DNA from: Catajapyx aquilonaris
Taxonomy: Eukaryota
DNA: 64,000 bases
Assembly: GCA_000934665.2 (NCBI GenBank)
Contig: KZ538128.1
Coordinates: 62,001 to 126,000 of the forward strand
Reading direction: 5' to 3'
Under the pieces are notes generated by a model, which did not search any database, was not told the DNA's origin, and saw only the letters and a program-made list of their open reading frames with translations. A program made the position numbers and the translations under genes. Below, piece after piece: positions 46,938 to 62,116 of the stretch (positions are counted from its first letter, which is position 1; every line of letters begins with the position of its first letter).

Positions 46938-49126
46938 CCGGTATTTATGCACATTTATGCATAAAGCAGCTATTTACCTACCCGAAATTTCATGCACCTA
47001 CTGTATTACAGATTTATATTATACGTTTCGAATTTTCAGGTACATTGTTGCGGTACTAACAAAGCGATTTATGTAGTCGTGCTCATGCACTTGCTACCAC
47101 ACGTGACAACAAAATCCATGCCTAATTGAGCCCGACCCTCGGGTCAAGCACTAAGCATTCATGAATTTGTATTGCTCTCCACATGACGGAACTTTGCCTT
47201 TTGCAAATTAGGGCGTGGCATTTCGTCAAAAAAAAAATAGAAAAAAGAGGGGACCCTGGGCCGGTTTGGCTTGGCTTGCAGAACAGCTTTTAAAATGTCA
47301 TTTGTACAAACGTCGGGATGCATTTGGGAGCCATCAAAAATATGAGAAAAGCGGTGTTCCAGTTCTTCCTCTTCCGCGGACTCCTCAAGGAAGCATCGCC
47401 CCATCACCCCCCACAATCGTGAACCCCCAGTCCTCCCAAAAGGTTTATTTCGAGCTTTGCGAATTACAGCGATTCCCTGGCATCCACCGGCGTGACCTCA
47501 CGACTTGAGTCAGCCCGCCCCCGCCCTCCTTCTACTCAAACAAATATAAAACAAACGTTCCCAATTTCCTCTCTTGCCAGCTCCGATCAACCTTTCACAT
47601 TCTCACAGTATCGACAACCCATCAGCAGATCAAGATGGTCTGATAACCTCCAATGAATTTCAAATTGGACAGTCCATATGTGTACAAGGAGAGTCATAAG
47701 TGCTGCAAGTTGGCATTTCGCTGCTGCTCATTTTATACAAGGTTTAAAAATAAGCAAGTGGGTTACTGACAGGGTGACATAACTTCTCAGCGGCATGTCC
47801 GATTTAAAATGTTTCCAGCTCACCCTGCATGAAACGACCGCAAGGCTTCCTTGCCATTGAGCTCACGAGTATGCATATGACTCACCCACTAGCACTGAAC
47901 CTTTTCGAAATGTGTACCCCATGTGCCATATCCACAGATGGTCGACGTGCAGAAATTAATCAAAAGCATCTCTAAAAAGTTGGAAAGAGTCGAAAAAAAT
48001 ACGGTGCACCTACTTTCAACCGCTTCTCGGAAATGCTGCTTAATTTGTGATTAAGTGAGTATGCCAAGCAAGAGGTCGCGGAAGGAACACTGAAATTGGC
48101 ACACGGCTGCCTAAAATAAACCTACAGCTTCCTAATCCATGCTTTACTCACTTGCCAACTTCTGTTTGCACTGACAATCCTCATTAATGTACTCGCCATT
48201 CCCTTTTCCCAAATAAAGATTTAGTGCCAAGTCCATATTCACTCCATCAATCATCCACAAACTTTAGCAAGCGTTCTAGCTATTACGTGAATTTCAGCTA
48301 CATCCTCGTATACTGTATAGCAATCAGTCGTATATGAACAATACAATTTGGCGCAGTCCAGCAGAAGTAAACTTCAGGATATTTAAAAGAAATTCGGATT
48401 TATATTAGCATTCTAATTTTAACATTATGGCTGTAGCATGATAGTAGCTGTGAATCCTTTTGAAGATAATGAGAGTGTGTGAGTCTGCCAATATCTTATC
48501 ATCGGCGTCACCTTCCCACTCAAAACTTTGGTTAACATTCTCGTCCTCCAACACTATCTCTCCCTTGACGAGAAATGTGCTTGCATTTTTACACAATCCG
48601 GTTCATTACGCAGTTCGTTGGCAGTTTCGAGAGCTGGCACACATCACAGTTTCACATGTAATGTCTGCATGTCTGGACGATAACACTGATCGCAAATCCT
48701 TGGGTAGTGACGCCGAGCAGGTGCCTTGCCAAGACAACAATGTCCCCGTAACCATCGAATCGTAGAAGGCATGAGTCATAGAGCATGTTTAGAGCAAATG
48801 ACTAGCACTCGGGGAAGCCAGTGCAACACTATTGTAGCAAGATGTTCATCCCGTGGGAGGTACTTTCACATTTTCAGATATTGTCAAGAGTTCCCCCGAA
48901 ACACTGGTGTTCAGATATATACCTCACGAATTTTCGAAATTTGTCAGTAGTGCAGTTGGAGAGTATATATTTTCCACTTGACTCCGGTAATTAATTTGTA
49001 GGCTACTACATAATCGTCCTATTACTATGTGTACTATACCAAAATCTCAAATGACAACGGTATTAATATATTTTTGTCAAACAAGCATTACTGGTTTTGA
49101 AAATAAGAATCTTGGGTTACGTAATG

Positions 49127-49350
49127 CAGTAAAACTTCGATATAACGCTCCCGCATATAACGCTTTCTCGCTTTTAACGCTCCTTTTTTCCGGTCCCTTG
49201 ATCAGCCTCATAAAGCCCAATGGTAAATTTTCCCGATTATAGCGCTCGATTTCCCTGGTCCCCCGAGATACTTATCCCGCATATAACGTCAATTTCTGTC
49301 ACTTTCCTCCCCATAATCGCGATTATGGGGAGGAAAGTGACGGAAATATG
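49127..49350. mobile_element. pogo/Tigger-like terminal fragment with internal palindrome
   Basis: Starts CAGTAAAACTTCGATATAACG with repeated ATATAACG units. No matching second end was found. Confidence 0.5.
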
Positions 49351-49519
49351 AAAAAATTCCCAATTAGGTTCCAGATTTTAAAACATTTTGTGGCTTTTTC
49401 CCCTTGTTCGGCGTTTATTTCTTGTCATAAGAAAAAACCACGTGTCAGTACATGACGGTTACCTTTATTTATTAATATTTACAGTTGAAATGTAGGTTTG
49501 TGTAGATATTTTAAAAAGA

Positions 49520-49557
<38 letters not shown>
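49520..49557. repeat. (CAT)n microsatellite
   Basis: Read directly from the sequence. Confidence 0.95.
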
Positions 49558-50408
49558 CGGCTTCCCCCCCCCACCCCCCCCCCAAAAAAAAAAAACAGGG
49601 GTGCCAGCGGATAACGAGGAGGTCCTCGCTACCCTCATATACATTTTAAATATTTTAAATGCATTTTTAAAAGACAAAACAATTAAAATCTCCGAGAAGG
49701 TTAACAAGTCGAATAATATAAGTTACATGACGTAAGTGCATGTAGCCTACCTATCTCTTCTATAATTACATATCCTGCTTCAAATATCGATGAAATTGCA
49801 AAGTTTTTGGTGATGAACTGCGGTCATGGAGCGAGGCTCCCAAGGTTGTAGCAAAAGCTGACTATACATCAAAGATTAACATGTATGTTAATCTTTGATT
49901 GAGGCCAGGACTTACAGTCATTTTCTTTCACTAAATATAGGCAGTCAAGCTCTTCCTTGTGACATGCTTCCGAGTTTTGACGACCACTCTGCACAAGGTA
50001 TGTGCAAAAAATATATATTTTAAACAACCGTACCGAATACGGCTTATCAACATAGAGTAGGGACATGGTGCGGGCCAAATCGTTGAGTGGCGTCACCAAG
50101 CCAAGAGGCAGAACAGGAATTAATGGCAAAAAGTGCCCTCCTGACGAACCCTGGAAGACTACAATGGCAATGTACGTAGTCTAAGTTCGGTATAAAAATA
50201 AAAATAGCCCCTGCGTAGCAATGATATTTACTAAGGACAGCTGCCAAAATTCTTGCAGCACATCGGTGACGTTTATAACCAGTTGTAAGCAATCCGCCGG
50301 CAGTTTTCTTTCACTAGTGTAGTACGCCAATTAATTTTTCATCACCACCCTCAACCATCCCACATAAAATCCACGTCAAAACGAGACAGGAAGATGATGA
50401 CGACAATG

Positions 50409-50409
<1 letters not shown>

Positions 50410-50469
<60 letters not shown>
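50410..50469. repeat. (TTA)n microsatellite
   Basis: Read directly from the sequence. Confidence 0.95.
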
Positions 50470-50470
<1 letters not shown>

Positions 50471-52670
50471 GACGCATCGTGTGTATGCACCATTATTACG
50501 GGACTATTCTATTCGATATGCATAAAATTATTAGGGGTAAGGGAGAATGATCTCCAATAATGCAGGCTACCTATAATATCGAGGGTACTGGCAGCTACCT
50601 TGGTTTCTACCAATCTAACCGAAGATTTGCTTCAAACTAGCGCGATATTATGTTAGGCCTAAATACAACATTTAATTTAAAAAATTCTCCAGCATTTTCA
50701 AATCTTACGGGACGTATTGTCGCGGAAGATTCAGACTGAGTACATAGCACGCTATGTCAAGAAACAGCGTCAATGATCACCGCTATAATAAATGAAATTT
50801 AATCAATTTCTTACATAATCACAACTGCTGGGTATTTCTCCTGGGCCAAACAATAAGATTGGTTGATTGATTGGAAAGGAGCCAATTATTCAACTAAGGC
50901 CACCTGTTATCCAAACAAAGAGGAGATTCAATGTTAATCAAAGTACACCAATATGTTCCACCTCAACTCAAACTGCAACAGGTGTGTCAATAACATACAT
51001 CTACGTCAAATATCGTTAATTTCTGCGCATATATTTATTCACATTGAATAGCATACAAAGCTGTGGGAATGGTACTCATTTATTCTAGGACCCTGGTTCT
51101 TTGGAATTTATAAGTCGAACTGGCTCTAAAGTTAGTTGAATTTAAAATTTTGGTCCGTTACTTAGTGTCAATTTTCGCCTTGTCACCTATACCTGATTGG
51201 CAGGTCACGCCCTCTCCAATAAATTGAGCTGTATAACCTACAGGTCAATTCCATAATTCACACGGGCAACGAAACAAAAATCGGCACGCAATTCCCCCCG
51301 TGATGTAGCCTACTCACTCGCCAAAAATCTACCAGAGTAATTTCTATTCAGATATTCACACGGAACTCCATGCCCATTAATAATTATTCATACCACAACA
51401 CTACCCCACATACCATCTACCAAGTGAATGCTCTTAGTTTCCCGCCTTGTAAACCAATGAGGCTCGGGCGTGACCCATCGCGAATAAATCCCATACTAAA
51501 ATCCCTCCTTATCTCCCCTGTTACGCTCAAGACCACCCACACCCTACTTCTCATCCCCCATCACATTCACCTCCCTATCGATGAAAACCCTCAACAATCG
51601 GTCCAAAAAAAAATAACAAATAAAAAATAAATAAAAAAGCCGTAACTGTCAGTCAACATTCCCCCGCATTCGAACCCCGGTCCAATTAGGAGTGAGTCCA
51701 CCGAAGTACCTGGACCTGCCCTAGACTTAACACAGTAACCTAGATGATGGAAGAGCAGGTGTTTTTCCAGCGTGTGGGTGGGCAGGTGTGGGCGGGAGGA
51801 GGTCGCCGTCCACCAGGTAAAAAGGCGCGTAAACACCATCTCCACTCTTTGCCTTTACTCCCTTGTCGCCCGGTCGGTTTGGCACAGCTAGGCACACTCT
51901 ATATATATATTTTCCTCTAGGGAAGCTGCAGCCCTTTTTTTCTAGTACCACCCGCTTTCTTGCCCCCCACCTCCTCCACTTCCCACACGCCGAAGACATG
52001 GGAGCCATTGGCAAAAATCAAGCACAATGGGGGCTTTACATACTGGGCACGCTACTTCATCAGGTGGCGGGGAACCACGGTCCCTGATTTCGACAAGGGG
52101 CCAAAAGGATGCGAGGTAGGGGCAGGGGGTGATGTTTGCGTCTCCTCATCATGAAAAGGGCACACCCCGCTTAATGAAATCGTCCTTCTCAGCTGCAAGG
52201 ACGTAAACAACTCATTTATGCTCTTAGGAGGACGGAGTGACACTCTCGCGTCATGCCAGGTAATACGGGGCAATCCCAGAGGATCAATTGATGGGGTTGA
52301 ACTTGAACGTAAGTAGGTGTTGACGGACTCATGGGAATGGTATACTTCAATGTGACGAAACTGGGTCGTGCTCGATATTGGATTCCTTTAAAAAAACGAG
52401 CTGGTCCATATTTAATTTTTGTGTGCCTCGATAAGTGTAGTGGCCGTTGTTCTTAATACTAGTTAAAAGAAGGGAAATTATTTTTTTTTTGCTTAAAATT
52501 CTCGAATTTGACATTAATTGCCATAAAAGCAGCTAGAAACCGGTCAGAAATTATATTTTAATTTTTATGCTGATAGTAAATGATGTCCAATTTCTAGAGT
52601 TTCATATTGTGGACTAGTAAATAAATCTGTGGCTGCACTGGGGCAGCCCTTCTAACGGGATATTACAATG

Positions 52671-52706
52671 GGGAGAGGGAGGGAGAGGGAGAGAGAGAGA
52701 GAGGGA

Positions 52707-52758
<52 letters not shown>
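52671..52758. repeat. (GA)n / GGGAGA polypurine microsatellite
   Basis: Read directly from the sequence. Confidence 0.95.
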
Positions 52759-52760
<2 letters not shown>

Positions 52761-53955
52761 CTATGGGCGCATGTAAAGTTCAGGTTTAGGGCCCGGTTTG
52801 TGAGGAAAAAATTGAGATAATCTCCGATAATGAATAAGCATTTACAATGCATAATGCGACAAACCGGGAATGGACTAGGCCCTTGAAAAATGTGCGACTC
52901 GAAAAATTTGGACTTTACCGTTACCATGCAAATTAATATTAAAATACTGGCAGGTTTATAGCGCCTTCTACCATTTTAAAATGGAAAATGGCAAATTCTT
53001 CCATTTTAAAGCAAAATTTTTAAAACTCGAGCAAATAGGTATACTTAAAAACTTAATTTCGTTTCATCTCATATTAGGAACAACTTCCGCTAAAAATTAT
53101 CGAGACGCACAGCAAAATCACTCCTGGCACAGATATTCGATGAAGTCTACTTGTTTGCTCATTAGGATAACGTCTGCATACCATGAAATCCTGTATTTTG
53201 ATGTGCTTGAAGAGCTTTCCATGAGCTAACAACCTCAGATTTATGGCACGCTGATGAGATACGTCTCAGCTCCCAGCTACAAAGTTACAAAAATTGGCAC
53301 TTGAAGCGCGGTTGCATAAGGCCCTTCAATTATCGGCCATCCTACGGCCTGCAACCTATCAATAGTTCCGGAACCCATTGCCCTTTATACAATGTTTACG
53401 CCATGTTACATAGTGCTTTGCCCAGACTTTCGTCCCTACCTGCGCAGAAATTCCGGACAAAAAGTTGGCGAAAATGCGAAATTCTCACGCGTTCGGGTCC
53501 AAGTCAGCCAATCATCTGGCCTAAAAAAAAATGTTCGCCGGTAGAAGGCACGCGACCATTATTCCTCGGTTTTGGCACAACCATTCCAACACTATGTCAC
53601 CGTGACGTAATACCGCAAACCATTCTCGCCTGCGTCGTACCTACTGTATAACTCTGGTCAAAATCGGCGTAAGCACCGAATAAATCGAGCAAAAAATACG
53701 CGGGTTAATAGCAAAACCTGGCTGCTTTTTGGCTTTGGCTGAGTCACCTGAACTTGAATGCTCAAGTAATGCGTCCAGTCAACGCTTTTGGGGGCCAAAG
53801 GAAAAAGCATATGGCTCTCGTCACGACTCCTTACGAGAACCAACAACAAATAAAGGGTAATCATCCGTTTTAAAGGCCGTTCCCATTCAGCCTGGGTAAT
53901 TCCGCATCTTTCAAATCTCTACACTACATCCCTGGCACTAGACACATCGTTATTG

Positions 53956-53956
<1 letters not shown>

Positions 53957-54020
<64 letters not shown>

Positions 54021-54057
54021 CGTCATCGTCGTCATCATCATCATTATCATTATTATT
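53957..54057. repeat. (TTA)n microsatellite grading into (TCA/TCG)n
   Basis: Read directly from the sequence. Confidence 0.9.
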
Positions 54058-57000
54058 GCTTCTCACAATATTCAATACCGTGCATAAATTTCTGTAATAC
54101 AACTGTTACAAAAGCCATTTTAAATCTTCGATTTAAATCTTACCTAACACCCGCCGCTATACTAATTTTCAGGCAAGATTTTTGCAAAAATGGCGCTCTC
54201 TGGAGTTAAAATCGCAAGGTCTGGTACGTCTTGCCGAAAAGATCTTATCTGATGGGACACACAAGCTTACATGACTCTTTACCCAGTATTTTTGCCTCTC
54301 TGAAGCTGAACCAATTGACGATCCTAATGGGAGTTTGCATAATTTCCTTTGGTCCTGTCAGAGTGCATCAAAAAGAAGCATGCGAGTTGGCGCATGGATG
54401 GGCCACAAAACAAGAGGTATGCTAGCTTCTTCGTTCCCGCTCTCTTAAAATAGGAGGAAAGCAAACAAACTAAACTCTTCTTTGCCATCATAGTGGTTCG
54501 TGTCCATCTCCTCACCTCTGCTGCTCCATGTATATATTTCGTGCTTCATCGGGAATGGTCCAGGTGCTCGACATACCAACAGACCCACAAGTAGTTGACC
54601 GTGTTTGTATCTAGATTCTAGAAGGTCTATACTGTATTATCAGGAGATTTCCAACGTCTCAATGACTTCCACAAACTCAAACTACTGGCTGATCCAATTA
54701 AGATCCGATGGCCGACCGCTATTTATTTCGATCACGGATATCGGCCATGTGTCAATATGAAATCACGATTCCGGCATTTAGGGCACATTTCCAAAGTAAA
54801 TGGATATAATCAGGAAGTTTTTAGGAACCGAAATTTTAGGTCGGAAAATCCAGTCATATAGAGAACCTTTCCAAGAGGCAGGTGGGATAAGAGTATTGAA
54901 ATGGTGGACAATATGTTTTATCATGCCAAGAACATTGTCCCATCGCCCTCTTACAAAGGGCCTCTATATTCACGCATTTTCTGAACTGAACGGCCATTGC
55001 TGCTCTATTTGTCTCTATAGGAGGGGAAGGCGTGCAATTATTTTGAACTGCTACAGGTAACCTAGTACATTATGGTTAATAAAATGCAGTTAAATAATGA
55101 GAATTTCTGTAAGTTAGTTCTGTAAGTATAGTCCTTCCTACGGCCTTCCTAGATGGACCACCCTGTCGCTATAACCCTGCTTTCCCACACATCGTGTAAC
55201 TCCGGCCTGCGGCCGTATTTTTGCAATTCTTATAATTTTGTGTTGCTGTCATCGTCCCAATTCAAGTGCCCTGGGCCTACACGCCTAAACAATACCATTT
55301 CACCGACGGGTTCTTTGTTTAGACTTCTCATTGGATAAGCAAGCAAACCATTTTATTGCTGCTGTGGAAGGCTGCTTAACTTGAGTTCGTCCATAAAAAT
55401 AACCGACACTTTGCAACAATGGTTTTACACAACGAATATGAATGAAAGTGATCCACGTTAGATGCGTTAACACTTGATGGCCAGACGCGGACACGATTAC
55501 GTGTACAGGGGTGACTCGGCCCAGTAGTAAGCACGCCAAGGCGTACACATACACGTCATCTATACCGCGTCTCGAACGCGTCTGGCTCTCTAGTGTAATC
55601 GCACCTATTGTCCTCTTCATCACGTATACTGTACACACCGCCAATCATCGAATTCCGGTTCTGATATGCGTGGTCACTGCCTAAATAATCCTACATCCCA
55701 CATATTCCAATAACGATAAAGTTGACAGATGTGAGAAGTTGCAACGGGTTATCGCCACCATCCCGTCACAGCAAACTTCTGTCAACAGTCGCCTTGACGT
55801 TTGCCAACAGCAACGTATCATTCTGGTATTAAGTGCCCAGTAAATATGCTGGAAAAAAAACTGGTGCTTTTGATATAGCACCAGCTCCAAATGTAAATGG
55901 AGGTTTCTCACTCCCAAGATGCGTCACTCTTGGCAAGTCAGGGCAGTCAATTACATGTAGGCTACCAATATTGGTGTATGGTGTACACTCAGCCATTAGT
56001 CAGCTTATTAGAATTCCACCCCCACCCAAACCCAAACTGTTGGGTTTTGATAAGAGGTGGCATTCAGATAGAGCAATAGATGGGAGCTAACTCATGAAGC
56101 TGAATGCACTAGAAGGCTACCGTAGCATATGCAAGTGTGATGCAGTAATACTTGTTCATATAATATAGCAAATGGCTGAAAACAATTTCCACAATTAACC
56201 GCTATATTAAAAACATTGCCAAATCTTGCACTCCAGCTACATAAAAAATGCCTAAAAATCCAAGAAATCCTAGTTTAAATTGCGAAATCACACGGGTGGT
56301 GAATCGCAATTAGAAAGAGGGTACAGGCAGGGAGCTGGAGCTGGGAGAGGTGCCAGAGAGAATCCTTTTTAGAGGCGCTTGGCTGATAATCAGCGCCGTC
56401 CCAACTATAGACAGCCATAGTGGCGACAGGTAAGGACACTCTGGGACTCACCATGGGTATTATTGGACTTGAGCCCTTCAATCCATTCCAAGACGACTTT
56501 TGCTGGGGATGGAGGTCACACGCACATTTTTCCGTCTCAAAAACCTATGCACCTATCTGCCAGTCCGTGACCACAAGAGGGCCTTGCCCACTCTATAATG
56601 ACGGTGCCCTATGCTCTTGGCCCATTTCAGCATTACAGTCTTCCTTGTCAGTCATGTAGCCTCATTTGCTCAATGAGCTCGCGGTGAATCATCAGATGTG
56701 ACATTTCGAAGCCACTTTTTTGAAAGATGTGGATCTCGTCTAGTATCATCAATAAATTTAAATGCAGTTGTACACAAATTATAGCTATTGAAAGCTTGTG
56801 ATTAAGATCGATTATGATACATTAGCAATTTATAGGCAGCCTAAGAACATTATTGACACGATAACATTGAAATCCAGAGCTACCAGTGTCACATGAGAAT
56901 GATATCAAAATATTATGGATATTTGAATATTCCATTATCGCTAATGGAATTAATTTCTGCATCAACTTCTCTACGAATCTGTAACTTTTCTACCGGAAAA

Positions 57001-60000
57001 CTGGCTTGGTCGTCAAAAATTACGCTTTGAGGAGTGTATTGCACAATGACTAATTATTTTGGGCCAATATGTGGCTCGGGTTATTATGGATTTCAGATAT
57101 TAATATAATTTCATTTCGTTTGTGGGTATCTAAATATACATTATTACTTCGCGACAATAAATACCGCCAGAACCGCTCATGAACCCTGTGACGGCGGACT
57201 TTTGGCAGGTTTTTGGGCGGGTTTTTTTCTCTTCTTCTTATTCTTTTTTGTCCGAAATTCGGTGTAGGAGTGATATTAATGAATAACAACTTCTAGCCAA
57301 AATAAATCATTTTAATTCGTGGTGGTCCTCTTGAATGTAAAATGCCAGAAGAAATTCATCTAGTGTCCCGGAAATATTTTTTTAAGAATCGTCTGGCTCT
57401 CAGGACGTCGATAGGCCTAACAAGTTTACTCAGTCACTATACATTGTTATTATGGTTACATAATATTACCACAACACTGTACTATGAGAAACTCCCAAGG
57501 GTGCAGGCTTTACGAGCACCCTGTACTGAGGGCGCATGTTTACATAAACGATCGCGCGGGAGAAACATGACTTGACATATACAACTCAACTTTGCGGAAG
57601 CAGGGGGGATTCTGGTAATGCTATGGTAGTTGAGTCACCATCCAAGAGATGGTAGGAGCATATTGAACCGTATTTGGAACCGTAAAGTTCAAATTCTCTA
57701 TGCACATCCTAGCGCGCCAAATTCAAAAAAGCTCAAGACATCATTGCACGTAGGCCTCAAAGGGTTGAATTACCAAAAGCGAGATAAAAAAATTGCGTTG
57801 GGAAAGCTGTCTCATACCCGGATACGAGTTTTTATTTCCTGGTGGAAGCAGAATTGAAGGTCAAAAATGCAAAAGAAAAGACGCATAAAAAATAAATAGC
57901 CATTGCATGCAGTAGAATATAATTTTCTAATCATCATTATTTGTGACTAAAATACCACTCCATCAGTTACCACCCTGCAATTTTAAAGGGGCATCGGAGA
58001 ATTTTATTTTTATTAAATTGACATAAAATTACTGCTCTCCATTTAATGGTCCATATCGCGTTAGTGCAAATTACCGACCATTAAAATGAATTATGATCCG
58101 TATTTTTTTATAACAGAATATAGCAACTTTTCCGGCACAATTTACAGTCGCAGCAGCTCATGGCGATTCTACATTCTAAACATACTCATACCATACTGGT
58201 TCTGGTCATAATAATGCCCTACTGTTGCATACATCGGACATGCAGCGTGCACTCGCACCTATCCCCAACCTACGCATGGTGTCGAAATGAACATCGAACG
58301 ATTGTGCACGGTCCAGCCAGAGTGCGCGATGACCCCGCGTTATTTGGCCCAGTGGTCCGGCAATAACTCAAGTGGTCATTGCGTCCCACTCCTATCCATA
58401 CTTTCCCACCAACACATAAATCTCGTTACGAGTTGGTCCTGCAGCCCGGGCCACTCACACCGGGCAATGAACGTAGGGTACAAATTTATACCACATTATT
58501 TCCAAAAAATTAAACGAGCCATTACGTGATTCCAGCCATCTGTGCATACCTACGTGCCCCCTCACACGTACAGTACCAAAATTACAAATAGGCCTAGTGA
58601 TTCATGACCAGTTGGCTCCGAATCCACCCCCGAAACTTTCAGAGCACCCAAAATTCCCAGAACGACTTTTAATGCATGGCTTAGGGGGGAGGTGTAGGTG
58701 TGTGAGTGCGTGTGTTAAATATGGGGGCGGGTGGGAGGGGGGTAGTAGAGCTCCCCCTACCTCTCACCCCATTCCCCCTCCTGTATCCCCCAGGGCAACT
58801 ATTTAAAAATAGGAAGGATGAGCAGCCCTGAGGCTGCCAGGCTGGGCTTTGGCCAGAACAAGAGTTAAAGGGGGTGAGGCTGTTGCGGGGGTGGATGGGA
58901 TGGCAAGGTTTGAAACATGCACTAGGGCGCGCCAAAATTCGTAAATCATAACAATCAGGCTGATTGCGAGAGACAATGTGCGCGATGCTGCAACTGGCTG
59001 GAGGCCACCAGCATGTGGTACCGATCGTTATGCGAAAGTATGGGCCGTATGTCACTCACATTTTTGAAAGTTGCAAATTGTCAAATTTTTATGACCGGAC
59101 GTATGTCATAGGCTGTGTTTCGCTGAACTGCCGTTGGTCAACTCCAGAGCGCTAGTATCCACCAGCTGGTACCGGCGCTACCTGTACAGCACACGCCATC
59201 TCTCGCCAAAATTCGCAATTGGCAAGGCTCACCAATATTTAAAAAAATAATTTAAAAAATGCCAGACTTGCAACCTGCATTTTTCACATGGTATATGCAA
59301 ATTTTAGGGCAGGTTATGACCAAGCCACAGACCATACTTTCTACACAGTGCTAAATTAGGTGGTTATTCTGTGTCAGGTTGGTGCGCAAAGGTCACTCTA
59401 ATGTCATGTGGTCTTTTGCATTGCACACGGACTGGTCTGATGTGCTTATCTCATCAGTGCCTTGTTGCAGAATAATTGATCAGGTTCAAGGGTTAAGGTG
59501 CGCAATGCACCTGGGGTGTTATCTGGGTGTGTCAACATATGAACTTGACTCATCGGGGATTTAATTTTGTGAAAACCTACAATTGCAGTGTAATATTTAG
59601 TATACCTTGCGGAGGTACCGTTATACAGTAGCAGTTTTTTTTAACTCTTAAGAAATACACCGTAGAGAAATTAACACTAAAGATTGATTGTGCATTGAGA
59701 ATTTACAAGTTACTAATCATTGGCAGAAATTAGCCAACAACTGATACCCTTCGCTAAACTCTCAGTTGATAATCACTTGGTTGGTGGTTCAAGCTAGTCT
59801 AAAAGTGCATTGGTACACCATGGAAACGACAGTAAAAAGGCTTAATTTACTGTAATCACAAGAATGCATTTGGTTTATAATGCCAATATTACACTCATCT
59901 GCAATTTCATTACACATGGATATGCTCTAAGACACATTACTTTACAGATATACCTCACTTGAAAATGTTACTGGTATTAGATGTCACAACAGAAACTTGA

Positions 60001-60296
60001 TCAAATTGTTATGATATGCAGTGTTGCTGCAATCTCAGAACAGCAACACTAACTATACAGCAATCCCAATGCATTTCCAGTGGCACTTGGTAGCACCAGA
60101 TGATCTCATTATTAGAGTAATTGATTACACTCTTCTGAGTGATTGGGAACATTCAGACTCTAATGACCCAGGGTTATGCAGCCAAGGATGATATTAACTG
60201 TGGGTGGCCAAACAGTGTAGACATGATCCATTCCTATACAGAAAGCACTAAATCCCAACACGTTAATTATCATTTACAATTGGCACACTATTATGG

Positions 60297-60521
60297 CTGG
60301 TTGGTTTGTTGGTTGTGCCAAAGCAACTAAGGCTATCTGGCATTCGTGTGATGGGTTTTTAATACTGGGAGGAAATGAGAGAACCCTGAAAAAACCCACG
60401 CAAATATGGCGAGAACCCATCAAAACGCTTCCACGTAAGTGCCCTCCGCCCGACCCGGAGATTGATCTTGGGACCTTAGAGGTGGACGGCTGTGGCGTTA
60501 ACCACTACACCACCGCGTCGA
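60297..60521 (-). mobile_element. tRNA-derived SINE with 13-bp target-site duplication
   Basis: On the minus strand: A-box GGTGTAGTGG, B-box-like AGATCAATCTC and a (CAAC)-type tail. Flanking direct repeat CACACTATTATGG at 60284-60296 and 60522-60534. Confidence 0.8.
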
Positions 60522-62116
60522 CACACTATTATGGAAGATACTCAATCGCATAACCAACGCATGTGAAAGTGTTCAGAATAAGTTTGTGCTGATAGTATCT
60601 CACACAGCACATTATAACTCCCATGAAAATAGCTGCCGATGTCATAATTTTTTAACACATCTATCCATTTGGTGGCAAATTTTTCCAGCAATATTCTTAC
60701 CTATACAGGAAAGTGTTGCAAATATGTTATCATCAAAAGTGCGCATTTATAGACCGCATTCATACTGATCACCTGTCGAATTATGAAATGGTTTTTATAT
60801 TGTTTACCTGAACGCGAGAGAAAATATTTGCATACATGACAATGCAGCCAGAGCATGTGAGGCAATAACAACTCTATTAACATAATATTTGTCAAGTTTA
60901 TTATTTTTCATGAGCATTGTAGATGTGTTCAATGTTAACAATCTGGAGCCCAGCTACCCACATGAGGTCATTACGCTCTAATCTATCAGAGCACAGTCTC
61001 CCCTTTTTGCCTTATTTTCCTCGCTTTCTTTCATTCCATCTTTATCAGGATGCAGTTTACGACCTTCACATGCCAATCACACGTGACGCTTGATACCAAG
61101 CCTTCCGACAGCATATATAATGCACGTCTAACCCATCTCTTGTACACCCAGTGTGACATCCTGTCTGGTAAACCTCTTCAAACCAGGTAAGACCCCACAG
61201 TCTCCCTATCCTTCCCAACCCAACATACATACACCCACTGACACATATGAACCTCCAAACCCCAGTGACACATCACCCATCACTCTATACATCATACCCA
61301 CACTACCAAACACCTGACATTACCCCCACCCCAAAATTCAAACCAAATGTAAACCCCCCCTACCTCATGACTAACCTGCTGCACCTTCAGGCTCGTAGAC
61401 ATCAGCGTAGATACAATTTCGTAGCAAATAGATTGAACCAGGCCCAGCCCATGTAGGCAGCCATCACAGTCGCACTTTGCAGGGTTGCCACATTTTTGGC
61501 TGGGATTCCATCCTTGCTTCAATACCCAAGTTGCCACTCCCTGTAGTAGTATCGCATGGTGTGGCGTCTGCTACATGTCAAGTGGCCGATTCATGGGACG
61601 ATTCAAGTGCTAGGTCAAAACCAGAAATAGATTCGTTGGATAGTTAGGTGGGGATTGCCTTGCTTACAAGTGGATGAATTGGCCGACCGCAATTTTTGAA
61701 TAGTGAAAATGCCGATAATGTGCCGGTACATTTGCGCATGCTGAACATTTGTCGGAAACGCACCAAAATAGTTTATTATAGTAAAATTAAATTTAAATTA
61801 TAGTTGTATGTGCAACGCAACAGCATATCCACCCACTAATTGGCGACTATTGTGTTATTGCGCGATATTCCGGTAATAAATCAAGAGAGTGCGGTTTTGA
61901 TTAGCAATTATTCAATGTATGACAGGGCTATAATTATAAAAGTACGTGGCAGTGGTTTGTCCTCGATTAATAAGCGGATTAGATGACGCAACGGGATATT
62001 TTTGTGTGTCTGGCTTGGAAGGATAAGAACAGCAATATTGTCATGTGACTTGCCTCTCTCAGATGGATGCACAAGGTGATCCTAAAATCAAGAAGCATTT
62101 GCAATAGTACCACATA

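Noticed and set aside
61060..61470. C/A-rich stretch as a possible LINE 3' remnant
   Set aside because: No reverse transcriptase motif, tail or TSD could be identified.
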